A stretch of DNA of 12,303 bases from Chloroflexota bacterium (GTDB taxonomy: Bacteria; Chloroflexota; Dehalococcoidia; UBA2979). The translations under genes and the position numbers were made by a program. A model generated the notes under the pieces. The model was not told where the DNA came from and did not search any database. It saw only the letters and a list, made by a program, of their open reading frames with translations. The stretch covers positions 1 through 12,303 of the forward strand of contig JAQCIU010000060.1 in NCBI GenBank assembly GCA_027593235.1. Reading direction: 5' to 3'. Shown here in pieces: positions 1-7,992 of the stretch; the stretch's first letter is position 1; every line of letters starts with the position of its first letter.

Positions 1-106
1 GCAGACCCCATGGCTCGCTCGGTGGCCGCCCACCCATCAGCCGTGTCTCACATGTCCGTGGTCAGTACACCTAGCCGTGTCCTCGGAGCGAGGAAACAGG
101 AAGATG

Positions 107-162
107 GGAACATGAACATGATCGTGAAAAATCTCATGTTCCTCGAGGCACGAAAACGTGCC
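107..162. promoter_or_regulatory. AT-rich inverted-repeat cluster upstream of argF (candidate operator plus small hairpin)
   Basis: GGAACATGA (107-115) and TCATGTTCC (134-142) are perfect reverse complements. A second overlapping GAACATGA lies at 114-121. GGCACG-AAAA-CGTGCC (147-162) is a perfect 6-bp hairpin. Confidence 0.35.
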
Positions 163-237
163 GTTCGTCGCCCTTCCGGTCCATCCACCACCCGAGGCAT
201 CAGCGTCCCCCCGATGCGGTAGACCCGCCGTCCTGCC

Positions 238-243
238 TATACT
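238..243 (+). promoter_or_regulatory. candidate sigma70 -10 element for the argF-cdaA operon
   Basis: TATACT (5/6 match to TATAAT) 45 nt upstream of the argF start in a GC-rich background. No convincing -35 was seen. Confidence 0.4.
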
Positions 244-287
244 CGACGTTCGAGCACTGACTCCCTGTATCCCCCCGGAGCCCGCCC

Positions 288-1211
288 GTGATGGGCCGCG
301 ACCTTACTTCGATTCTTGACCTCTCCTCGGAGGAACTGGCGCACGTCCTGGACGTGTCGCTGGGTATGAAGCGCGACGGCGCCGGCCCGATGCTGGCCGG
401 CAAAACGCTGGCGCTCGTCTTCGAGAAGCCCTCCCTCCGGACCCGCGTGTCCTTCGAGATGGCGATGCAGCGCCTCGGCGGCAACGCGATCACGCTCCCG
501 GCGCACGAAATCCAGATGGGCGATCGCGAGCCGGTAAAGGACGTGGCGCGCGTCCTCTCGAGGATGGTCCACGGCATCGCCGCCCGCACCTACGCCCACG
601 AGACCGTCCTCGAACTCGTCGAGTACGCCACCGTCCCGGTGATCAACGCACTCTCCGAGGCCGAACATCCCTGCCAGGCACTGGCCGATCTGCTGACCCT
701 CCGCGAGCGTTTCGGCGACCTGCGAGGCGTCCGCTGGACCTACGTCGGCGACGGAAATAACATCGCTCGCTCGCTGGCCTACGCCTCGGTGATGGCGGGC
801 CTGCACCTCACGATCGCGACCCCTCCGGACTTCGGCCTGTCGACCGAGGACCTCGCCCGCGCGAACGCGCTGGCCGGCGGCGGCACCGTCGCTCAGACCA
901 CGGACGCCCACGCCGCCGTCCGCGATGCCGCGGTCGTCTACACGGACGTCTGGGCCTCGATGGGCTTCGAGCACGAACTCGAGGACCGCAAGGAGCACTT
1001 CCAGTCCTACCAGTTAAACGCGGAACTACTAGCGTCCGCGCCGCCCGGTACCCTTGTGATGCACGACCTCCCCGCACATCGCGGCGAAGAGATCAGCAAC
1101 GACGTCATCGAATCGGAACGGTCGATCGTGTTCGATCAGGCGGAAAACCGCATGCACGCCCAGCAAGCGCTGCTGGCACTACTGTTGGCGGACGGCCCAC
1201 CGCAGCCCTGA
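288..1211 (+). CDS. argF: ornithine carbamoyltransferase
   Basis: 307 aa. Carbamoyl-phosphate motifs FEKPSLRTRVSF and HPCQALAD, plus GDGNN, the ornithine-binding loop TDVWASMG, HxLP (here HDLP) and DQAENRMH. GGAG at 277-280 precedes GTG288/ATG291. Confidence 0.93.
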   Translation: MMGRDLTSILDLSSEELAHVLDVSLGMKRDGAGPMLAGKTLALVFEKPSLRTRVSFEMAMQRLGGNAITLPAHEIQMGDREPVKDVARVLSRMVHGIAARTYAHETVLELVEYATVPVINALSEAEHPCQALADLLTLRERFGDLRGVRWTYVGDGNNIARSLAYASVMAGLHLTIATPPDFGLSTEDLARANALAGGGTVAQTTDAHAAVRDAAVVYTDVWASMGFEHELEDRKEHFQSYQLNAELLASAPPGTLVMHDLPAHRGEEISNDVIESERSIVFDQAENRMHAQQALLALLLADGPPQP

Positions 1212-1229
1212 ACGAACGCGCTGAGGCCG

Positions 1230-1272
1230 GCGTCCGGATGACCCGGACGCGATCTGCGCAGACGGCAGATCG
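1230..1272 (+). other. two adjacent 8-bp hairpins in the argF-cdaA spacer
   Basis: GCGTCCGG(1230-1237)/CCGGACGC(1243-1250) and CGATCTGC(1250-1257)/GCAGATCG(1265-1272). No U-tract. They lie immediately before GGAG (1276-1279). Confidence 0.4.
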
Positions 1273-1289
1273 AACGGAGCGACCCCCAG

Positions 1290-2123
1290 ATGCCTGATGG
1301 CATGAGCGATGTGATCGCGCGACTCGACGTCGCCGCGGTGATCGATATCGTCATCGTCTCCCTGGCGATCTACTGGCTGCTGCTCCTGATCCAGGGCACC
1401 ACCGCAATGACGGTGCTCCGAGGCGCGGCGGTGCTGCTGCTTGGCGCCTTCGTCCTCAGCCGTGTCTTTGATCTGCGGATGCTGAACTGGATTCTCCGCA
1501 ACTCGCTGACCGGTCTTGTGATCGCCGTGCTCGTCATCTTCCAGCCGGAGATCCGGCGCGCGCTCGAACGTCTCGGGCGTACCGGGCTGCGCTCCGTGCT
1601 CGGTCGGAAGGAGCATCGCGACGCGATCGATATCGTCGTGCGTGCCGCCACCCGCCTCGCGCGTTCGCACACCGGGGCGTTGATCATCCTCGAGCGAGAG
1701 ACCGGGCTGCAGGACGTCATCGACACCGGGATTCCGACGAACGCGACCCTCAGTGTCGAGCTCCTCGCGACGATCTTCCACCACAACTCGCCACTCCATG
1801 ACGGCGCCGTCGTCGTTCGCGACGATCGGATCATCGCCGCCGGCTGCACCCTGCCACTCTCCGAGGCCGATCTCCCCGCCGACTACGGCATGCGCCACCG
1901 CGCCGCCGTCGGCATGGCGGAGCGCACCGACGCCGTCGTGGTCGTCGTCTCCGAGGAGCGCGGCACCACCTCGCTCGCCTCGAACGGGCGCATGGCTCCC
2001 GACATGGACGAAGTGCGGCTCAATCGCCAGCTCCACCGCCTCTTCGGCCTCGAGTTCGAGTTGCCGTCGGACGACGGCACCGTCGCCGTGCCGGCAGCGA
2101 CTGATAGCGGAGGCCGCCGGTGA
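1290..2123 (+). CDS. cdaA: membrane-bound diadenylate cyclase CdaA (DacA), c-di-AMP synthase
   Basis: Three N-terminal hydrophobic helices, FQPEIRRALERLG linker, DAC-domain catalytic motifs PLHDGA and GMRHRAA, and VVVSEE. Followed by a YbbR gene. The start could be 1290 or 1302. Confidence 0.95.
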   Translation: MPDGMSDVIARLDVAAVIDIVIVSLAIYWLLLLIQGTTAMTVLRGAAVLLLGAFVLSRVFDLRMLNWILRNSLTGLVIAVLVIFQPEIRRALERLGRTGLRSVLGRKEHRDAIDIVVRAATRLARSHTGALIILERETGLQDVIDTGIPTNATLSVELLATIFHHNSPLHDGAVVVRDDRIIAAGCTLPLSEADLPADYGMRHRAAVGMAERTDAVVVVVSEERGTTSLASNGRMAPDMDEVRLNRQLHRLFGLEFELPSDDGTVAVPAATDSGGRR

Positions 2124-3400
2124 GCCAAATCAACGGCACCGAGAACCGTTTTCGCGACGCCTGGGAGCTGACCGTTGACGCCTGGCAACGCTCGGTCCGC
2201 ACGATTCGCAATACCCCCAGCCTGCTGATGCTCTCGGGCCTCCTCGGGGTCAGCCTCTGGATCTTCGTGACCGAGGAACAGAACCCGACGCTGGTCGATG
2301 AACTCACGGCGCCGATCCTTGTCCAGAGCGTGAACGTCGAGACCGGTCTTGCCGTTGCGAATCAGCTCCCGAGCGTGCAGATCGTGCTCGCCGCCCCACA
2401 GGAGCGCTGGGACGATATCGCCGCCGGCCTCGGAGCCTTTACTGCCTTTGTCGACCTCAACGGTTTGACCGGGCGGGAGCAGCAGGTCCAGGTGCAGATC
2501 GACATCGAGGGCATCCGCGGCGTGCGTGTCGTCGAGATCATTCCTGAGCGCGTAACCGTGAACCTGGAAGATCTCACCTCGGTGGAGGTCCCCGTGCGTG
2601 TACGCGCCGTCGGGCCCTTGCCGCTCGGCTACGAACAGGGTGAGACCACGGTAAATCAGCGCTCTGTGATCGTGACTGGCCCCGCATCGTTGGTCAGTCG
2701 CGTCAGCGACGCCGTCGCCGATATCAACGTCACCGGGTTGAACCTCGGAATCGAGCAGACGGTCACGATCGTGCCGCGCGGCGCCGGAGGCGGTGAGATC
2801 CGCGGTGTCACCCTGGAACCGAGCACGGCGCGTGTCGGCGTCGAGATCCGGCAGAGCACCCTGGTGCGCACCCTGCCATTCCGGATCGAGGTGAAAGGGG
2901 CCCCGGCGCCGGGCTTCCGGATCGCCAACCTCGTGATCTCCCCGGCCACGATCACGGTCGAGGGAACACTGGAGACGTTGCAACAGGTGGACTCAATCGA
3001 TCTCGGTGAAGTCGACGTCACCGGCGAGCGCACCGACGTCACGCGCGCGATCACGGTTGAGCTCCCGCCCGGTCTGAGCGTCACCGAACGCCGTGTCGTC
3101 ACCGTCGTCGTGCAGATCGCACCGATCGATGGCGACTTTAGCTTCGCGATTGTTCCGACTCTCGTCGGCGTCGGCTCTGGGCTGACCGCAACCCTCTCCG
3201 AACCGACCGTCGAGCTCATACTGAACGGCCCGTTGCCGTTGCTGAACGAACTGACCACCGAGGATCTGCAAGTGACCCTGGATCTGACCGGATTGGGCGT
3301 TGGAACGCACGAGGTTCCCGCCACCACCACGACGCCGGAGGGTGTCATCGTCACTTCGCTGCAACCAGAAACAGTCTCGGTTACGCTGGCCGCCGGATGA
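2120..3400 (+). CDS. cdaR: YbbR-domain CdaA regulator CdaR
   Basis: One N-terminal TM segment (LLMLSGLLGVSLWIFV) followed by repeated beta-rich YbbR-like units (FTAFVDLNGL, PERVTVNLE, VIVTGPASLV, PATITVEG, LQVTLDLTGL, PETVSVTL). GTGA overlap with cdaA. GGAGG RBS. Confidence 0.88.
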   Translation: MSQINGTENRFRDAWELTVDAWQRSVRTIRNTPSLLMLSGLLGVSLWIFVTEEQNPTLVDELTAPILVQSVNVETGLAVANQLPSVQIVLAAPQERWDDIAAGLGAFTAFVDLNGLTGREQQVQVQIDIEGIRGVRVVEIIPERVTVNLEDLTSVEVPVRVRAVGPLPLGYEQGETTVNQRSVIVTGPASLVSRVSDAVADINVTGLNLGIEQTVTIVPRGAGGGEIRGVTLEPSTARVGVEIRQSTLVRTLPFRIEVKGAPAPGFRIANLVISPATITVEGTLETLQQVDSIDLGEVDVTGERTDVTRAITVELPPGLSVTERRVVTVVVQIAPIDGDFSFAIVPTLVGVGSGLTATLSEPTVELILNGPLPLLNELTTEDLQVTLDLTGLGVGTHEVPATTTTPEGVIVTSLQPETVSVTLAAG

Positions 3401-4764
3401 ACGAGACTCGCGCTGCTGCACCGCAACCGCATGTCCCGCTCATCGCAGTCGTGGGTCGACCGAACGTGGGCAAATCCGCCCTCTTCAATCGCCTGACCCG
3501 CACCCGCGCCGCCCTCGTCGAGGATCTTCCCGGTACCACCCGCGATCGCAACTACGGCGACCTCGAATGGCGCGGGCGCCGGCTCCGTGTCGTCGATACC
3601 GCCGGCCTGCTCGGCGATGAGCCCGAGGAGTTGGGGCCGCTGGTCCGCGAAGCCGTCGAGCGTGCGATCACCGAGGCGGACGCGGTGCTCTTCATCGTCG
3701 ACGGCGTCGACGGCCCGACCGAACCCGATCATGAGATCGCGAAGCTGCTCCGCCGCGCCGCTCAGCCCGTGCTCGTCGTCGCCAACAAGTCCGATGTCGG
3801 GCGCGCCTCCGATCGGCTTGATGAGTTCTATCGCTTCGGCTTTGGCAAGCCGCATCCCGTCTCCGCGATCCACGGAAACGGCGTCGCCGACCTCCTCGAT
3901 GACGTGCTTGAGGTCGTGGGTGGCGTACCTGTCGAGGACGAAGAGCCGAGAGGCAAAATCCGCGTCGCGATCGTCGGACGTCCCAACGTCGGCAAGTCGT
4001 CGCTGGTCAACGCCATCCTCGGCGAGCAGCGCACGATCGTGTCCTCGATTCCCGGCACGACGCGTGACTCGATCGATACGGAGTTCGCGTTCGAAGGCCA
4101 CGATCTTCTGCTCGTCGATACCGCCGGAATCCGTCGGCGCGGTCGCATCGAGCGCGGCGTCGAGCGGCACTCCGTGCAACGCGCCGAACGGGCAATCGAC
4201 CGTGCTGACGTTGTTATTTGCGTGATCGATCAGACCGAGTTGCTGACGGCTCAGGACACCCACATTGCGGGGTACGTCCAGAACGAGGCGCGTGGGCTGA
4301 TCATCGTCGTCAACAAGTGGGATCTCGCCGAGGATCGCGCCGCTCGCCCGGACGTCGCCCGCCAGATCGATCAGCGCTACCGCTTCGTGCCGTGGGCGCC
4401 GGTGATCTTCACCTCCGCGCTGAGTGGCGAGGGCATCCGCGATCTCCTGGAACTGACCGTGCACGTCGCCAGCGTGCGCGAACGACGTGTCCAGACCTCC
4501 GAACTCAACCGCGCCATCCAGCGGGCGATGACGGCGCACGGACCGCCCACGATCCGGCACCGCCGGCTCAAGGTGCTTTACGCGACCCAGGCGGAGATCT
4601 CGCCGCCGACGTTCGTACTCTTCGTGAACGATCCCGCGCTCGTCCACTTCTCCTACCGACGCTATCTCGAGAACCAGATCCGCTCCGCCTTCGACTTCGA
4701 GGGAACGGGAATCCGGATCGTCTTCCGGAAACGGTCCGAGGATCGAGCGGAGGCATCGGGTTGA
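3397..4764 (+). CDS. der: ribosome biogenesis GTPase Der (EngA)
   Basis: Two tandem G domains, each with GRPNVGKS, GTTRD, DTAG and NKxD. C-terminal KH-like domain (PPTFVLFVN, YRRYLENQIR). ATGA overlap with cdaR. Confidence 0.97.
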   Translation: MNETRAAAPQPHVPLIAVVGRPNVGKSALFNRLTRTRAALVEDLPGTTRDRNYGDLEWRGRRLRVVDTAGLLGDEPEELGPLVREAVERAITEADAVLFIVDGVDGPTEPDHEIAKLLRRAAQPVLVVANKSDVGRASDRLDEFYRFGFGKPHPVSAIHGNGVADLLDDVLEVVGGVPVEDEEPRGKIRVAIVGRPNVGKSSLVNAILGEQRTIVSSIPGTTRDSIDTEFAFEGHDLLLVDTAGIRRRGRIERGVERHSVQRAERAIDRADVVICVIDQTELLTAQDTHIAGYVQNEARGLIIVVNKWDLAEDRAARPDVARQIDQRYRFVPWAPVIFTSALSGEGIRDLLELTVHVASVRERRVQTSELNRAIQRAMTAHGPPTIRHRRLKVLYATQAEISPPTFVLFVNDPALVHFSYRRYLENQIRSAFDFEGTGIRIVFRKRSEDRAEASG

Positions 4765-5387
4765 CCATCATCGCGACGGCCGTGATCGGCTACCTGCTTG
4801 GATCGATTCCCACCGGGGTGCTGGTCGGACGCCTCGCCGGCGTGCGCGATCTGCGCGACTACGGTTCCGGGAAGACCGGGTTCACCAACTCGCTGCGAAC
4901 ACTCGGCATTCGCTGGGCACTGCTGGTCGTCTTCGTGGACGTCGCGAAGGGCAGCGTGCCTGTGCTGCTCGGGCGCTTCGTCTTCGATGAGCCAATGGCT
5001 GCCGCACTCGGCGGCGTCGCCGCCGTCATTGGGCACACGTTTCCGGTGTTCGCGGGATTCCGCGGAGGCCGTGGCGTTGCGACGGCGTTCGGCGCCTTCC
5101 TCGCGGTCTCGCCGCTCGCGGCGTTGGCCTGCCTCCTCTTTGCGCTGATCGTGCTCGCGATCTTCCGCTATGCGTCCGTCATGTCGATCGTCGGTGTCTT
5201 CGCCGGGTTCGTGGTCCTCGTCGTACTCGTGATCGTGGGTCGGGCCGCGCAGCCGTACCTGCTCTTTGGCGCGCTCACCATGCTCGCGGTCGAGTTCAAC
5301 CACCTCGCCAACATCAAGCGCCTGCTCGCGGGCACCGAACCGAAGCTTGGGCAGGGCGGTCAGCGCCGCGACCCTAGCGGCGCCTGA
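4761..5387 (+). CDS. plsY: glycerol-3-phosphate acyltransferase PlsY
   Basis: C-terminal part of ORF 4218..5387. True start is most likely TTG4761 (TTGA overlap with the der stop, GGAGG at 4749-4753). Motifs GYLLGSIP, DLRDYGSGKTGFTN, DVAKG, GHTFPVFAGFRGGRGVAT and HLANIKRLLAGTEPK. Highly hydrophobic. Confidence 0.93.
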   Translation: MTIIATAVIGYLLGSIPTGVLVGRLAGVRDLRDYGSGKTGFTNSLRTLGIRWALLVVFVDVAKGSVPVLLGRFVFDEPMAAALGGVAAVIGHTFPVFAGFRGGRGVATAFGAFLAVSPLAALACLLFALIVLAIFRYASVMSIVGVFAGFVVLVVLVIVGRAAQPYLLFGALTMLAVEFNHLANIKRLLAGTEPKLGQGGQRRDPSGA

Positions 5388-5397
5388 CCCGCTTCCG

Positions 5398-6396
5398 ATG
5401 GCAGGTGGAGTCCAACGCGCAGCGGTCGTAGGCACGACCGCCTGGGGCACCACATTGGCCGTTCAGCTCGCTCGCAACGGCATTGCCGTCGCGCTCGGCG
5501 CACGCACCGCCGAGGAGGCAGCCGCCCTCGAGGCCGCGCGCGAGCACCGTACGCGGCTCCCCGGCGTCGCCTTCCCGCCGTCGCTTCATGCCACCACCGC
5601 CGCCGCCGCGGTCGCCGGCGCGGACCTCGTGTGCTTCGTCACTCCCTCCAGCGCGCTCCCGGCCAACCTCGACGCCGTCGGCGATGCCGTCGAGGCCGAC
5701 GCGATCCTCCTGAGCGCGACGAAGGGCATCGCGCTCGACAGCGGCAAGCGCATGTCGCAGCTCATCGCGGACGCGCTGCCGGGCCGCCAGATCGCCGTGC
5801 TCTCCGGGCCCAACCTCTCGCGGGAGGTTGCGACCGGGCTGCCCAGCAGCACGGTGATCGCCTCCGCTGGCGACACCGGCGCGCTGCGCGATGCCTTTCA
5901 TTCACGGGCGTTCCGGGTCTACACGAGCCGGGACGTGGTCGGCGTCGAACTCGGCGGCGCGCTGAAGAACGTTGTCGCGATCGCCGGCGGGATTGTCGAC
6001 CACTTCGAGTTTGGACATAACGCGAAGGCCGCCGTGCTCACGCGTGGGCTCGCCGAGATCACGCGTCTTGCCGTTGCCGCGGGCGCTGACCCGCTCACCC
6101 TGCAGGGGCTTGCCGGCGTCGGCGACCTGATGGCGACGGCTTATAGCCCGCTCTCGCGCAACCGCCGCCTCGGCGAGTTACTGGCGAGCGGGGTCTCGCT
6201 GGCGGCTGCCCTTGAGGCGATCGGCGAGACCGCCGAGGGCGCGCACACGGTCCCGGCGGCGCTGCGCCTCGCGAGCCGCCTCGGTGTCGACATGCCGGTG
6301 ACGGCGGGCCTGGATGCGATCATGCACCGCGGCGTGACGCCTGCCGCCGCCATCGAGGCGCTGCTCTCGCGCGAGCCAACGGCCGAGCTTCGCTAG
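5398..6396 (+). CDS. gpsA: NAD(P)H-dependent glycerol-3-phosphate dehydrogenase
   Basis: Start reassigned to ATG5398 within ORF 5266..6396. Motifs ATKGI, LSGPNL, GVELGGALKNVVAIA, GLAGVGDLMAT, SRNRRLG and TAEG. Classical der-plsY-gpsA synteny. Confidence 0.94.
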   Translation: MAGGVQRAAVVGTTAWGTTLAVQLARNGIAVALGARTAEEAAALEAAREHRTRLPGVAFPPSLHATTAAAAVAGADLVCFVTPSSALPANLDAVGDAVEADAILLSATKGIALDSGKRMSQLIADALPGRQIAVLSGPNLSREVATGLPSSTVIASAGDTGALRDAFHSRAFRVYTSRDVVGVELGGALKNVVAIAGGIVDHFEFGHNAKAAVLTRGLAEITRLAVAAGADPLTLQGLAGVGDLMATAYSPLSRNRRLGELLASGVSLAAALEAIGETAEGAHTVPAALRLASRLGVDMPVTAGLDAIMHRGVTPAAAIEALLSREPTAELR

Positions 6397-6458
6397 CCGC
6401 CGTTACCCCGTCCGTCCCCGCTGCTGTGTCGAATGCCCACATCAGGGGAGCGGGTACA

Positions 6459-7487
6459 ATGGCGATTGTGACCGATCCCGATCCCAACCTGCCCCCGGAC
6501 GACGACGACGAGGCGCCCGAGCAGCCGTCGGCTGATGACGTCCTCGATCAACTCGAAGCCGGTGGTGACAACTACGGCGCGCTGCGCGCGCTAAGCGACA
6601 TCGGCGACGGACAACTCGCACGCCTGATGGGGCTCTGGCCGCAGTTCGAGCCTGAACGCCGTCGCGAACTGCTCGCGAAACTCGACCAACTCGCCAACGA
6701 GGAAGCACTCCTCGACTTCCACCGCGTCCACCTCTCCGCGCTCCATGACTCCGACGTCGCGACGCGCATCCTCGCGGTGCGCGGCATCGCGATCGAGGAG
6801 CGCCCCGACTACCTGCGGTTGCTCTGCCACCAGCTTGAGCACGACGAGGCCGCCTCCGTCCGCGCCGAGATCGCTGACGTCCTCGGCAAGTGGGTCGTCA
6901 GCATGGAGTTCGGTCTGCTCGCCGACGAAGACGCTGAGGAACTGACCGTCTCCCTCACCAATCGCATCCACGACGAAGAGGAGGAGGACGAAGTCCGCGC
7001 CCGTTGCCTCGAGGCCCTCGGCGCCTCCTCGGAGGAGACGGTCGGCGAGCTGATCGGCGAGACGTACGAGCTGGGCTCACACCGCATGCGTGTCGCGGCG
7101 CTGAAGGCGATGGGGCGCAGCGCGTCCGAGACCTGGCTCCAGATCCTCATCTTCAACTTCGATGATGACGACGCCGACATTCGTGCCGCGGCGGCGACCG
7201 CCGCCGGTACGCTCCTCGTCGACGACGCCGTCACCCCGCTTGGCATGCTGCTCGAAGACCGCGAGATCGAGGTTCAGCTCGCGGCGATCGCGGCGCTGGG
7301 CGAGATCGGTGGCGAGGAAGCGGAGCGCATCCTCACCCGGCTGCAGCGGGAATCGTTGACGCCAGAGGTTCGCGACGCCGCGCAGGATTCGCTCGCGCAG
7401 TCGCAGCTGCTGAGCGTGCCGCTGCGCGACGACGGGTCGGAAGAACCCGACTTCAGCGACGGCGAGAGTGACGATGCCGGTTTCTAG
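6459..7487 (+). CDS. HEAT-repeat (PBS lyase HEAT-like) protein
   Basis: Repeated helical units (VATRILAVRGI, VRAEIADVLG, VRARCLEALG, MRVAALKAMG, IRAAAATAAG, VQLAAIAALGEIG, VRDAAQDSL). Very acidic termini. ATG6459 has GGGGAG upstream. Alternative starts are 6426 and 6468. Confidence 0.82.
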   Translation: MAIVTDPDPNLPPDDDDEAPEQPSADDVLDQLEAGGDNYGALRALSDIGDGQLARLMGLWPQFEPERRRELLAKLDQLANEEALLDFHRVHLSALHDSDVATRILAVRGIAIEERPDYLRLLCHQLEHDEAASVRAEIADVLGKWVVSMEFGLLADEDAEELTVSLTNRIHDEEEEDEVRARCLEALGASSEETVGELIGETYELGSHRMRVAALKAMGRSASETWLQILIFNFDDDDADIRAAAATAAGTLLVDDAVTPLGMLLEDREIEVQLAAIAALGEIGGEEAERILTRLQRESLTPEVRDAAQDSLAQSQLLSVPLRDDGSEEPDFSDGESDDAGF

Positions 7488-7941
7488 CACGTCGGCGGGT
7501 GGCAGCGCCGTCGGGACAGCCGTCGCCGCTGGCGGCGTCGTGTTCCGCATCGGCGATGCCGGTCCGGAGATCGTCCTCGTCGCTCGACGCCGCGAACAGC
7601 TCTGGGCACTGCCCAAAGGCACGCCGGAACCCGCCGAAACCATCGAGGAGACCGCGCTCCGCGAGGTCCGCGAGGAAACAGGCCTGGAGACGGAGATTGT
7701 CGAGCGCCTCGGTACGGTGCGCTACTCGTTCACCAGCCGCGGCGGCGATCGCGTCGACAAGACCGTCCATCACTTTCTGCTCGAGCCGACCGGCGGCAGT
7801 TTCGACGCACACGACGACGAGTTCGATCACGTCGATTGGTATGACATCCACGAGGCCCAGCGGCGCCTGACCCACCGCAACCAGCTCCACATCCTGGAGC
7901 GGGCCGGCGAGCTGATCGCAGCGCGCAACGCCGAGGCCTGA
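7468..7941 (+). CDS. Nudix hydrolase, resembling diadenosine polyphosphate (ApnA) hydrolases
   Basis: Complete Nudix box GTPEPAETIEETALREVREETGL, preceded by AAGGVV and WALPKG and followed by KTVHHFLL. Overlaps the end of the HEAT gene. Substrate is inferred only. Confidence 0.88.
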   Translation: MTMPVSSTSAGGSAVGTAVAAGGVVFRIGDAGPEIVLVARRREQLWALPKGTPEPAETIEETALREVREETGLETEIVERLGTVRYSFTSRGGDRVDKTVHHFLLEPTGGSFDAHDDEFDHVDWYDIHEAQRRLTHRNQLHILERAGELIAARNAEA

Positions 7942-7992
7942 TCGACTCCGAACGCTGAAAGCAGATCGCGACTCTTCGGATGAGCGGATAGG

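Noticed and set aside
107-142. ArgR ARG box or LexA GAAC-N4-GTTC site
   Set aside because: Half-site spacing fits neither TGAAT-N4-ATTCA nor GAAC-N4-GTTC.
10-222. 70-aa ORF upstream of argF
   Set aside because: No RBS is visible, there are no recognisable motifs, and it runs through the AT-rich repeat patch that looks regulatory.
4218-4760. N-terminal 181 aa of ORF 4218..5387
   Set aside because: It overlaps der in another frame and is low-complexity Arg/Pro-rich. PlsY homology starts at TTG4761.
5266-5397. N-terminal extension of ORF 5266..6396
   Set aside because: It overlaps plsY. GpsA homology begins just after ATG5398.
7947-7980. Weak stem TCCGAA/TTCGGA and a 10-nt match (GCAGATCGCG) to the argF-cdaA spacer
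   Set aside because: Too short to distinguish from chance in GC-rich DNA.
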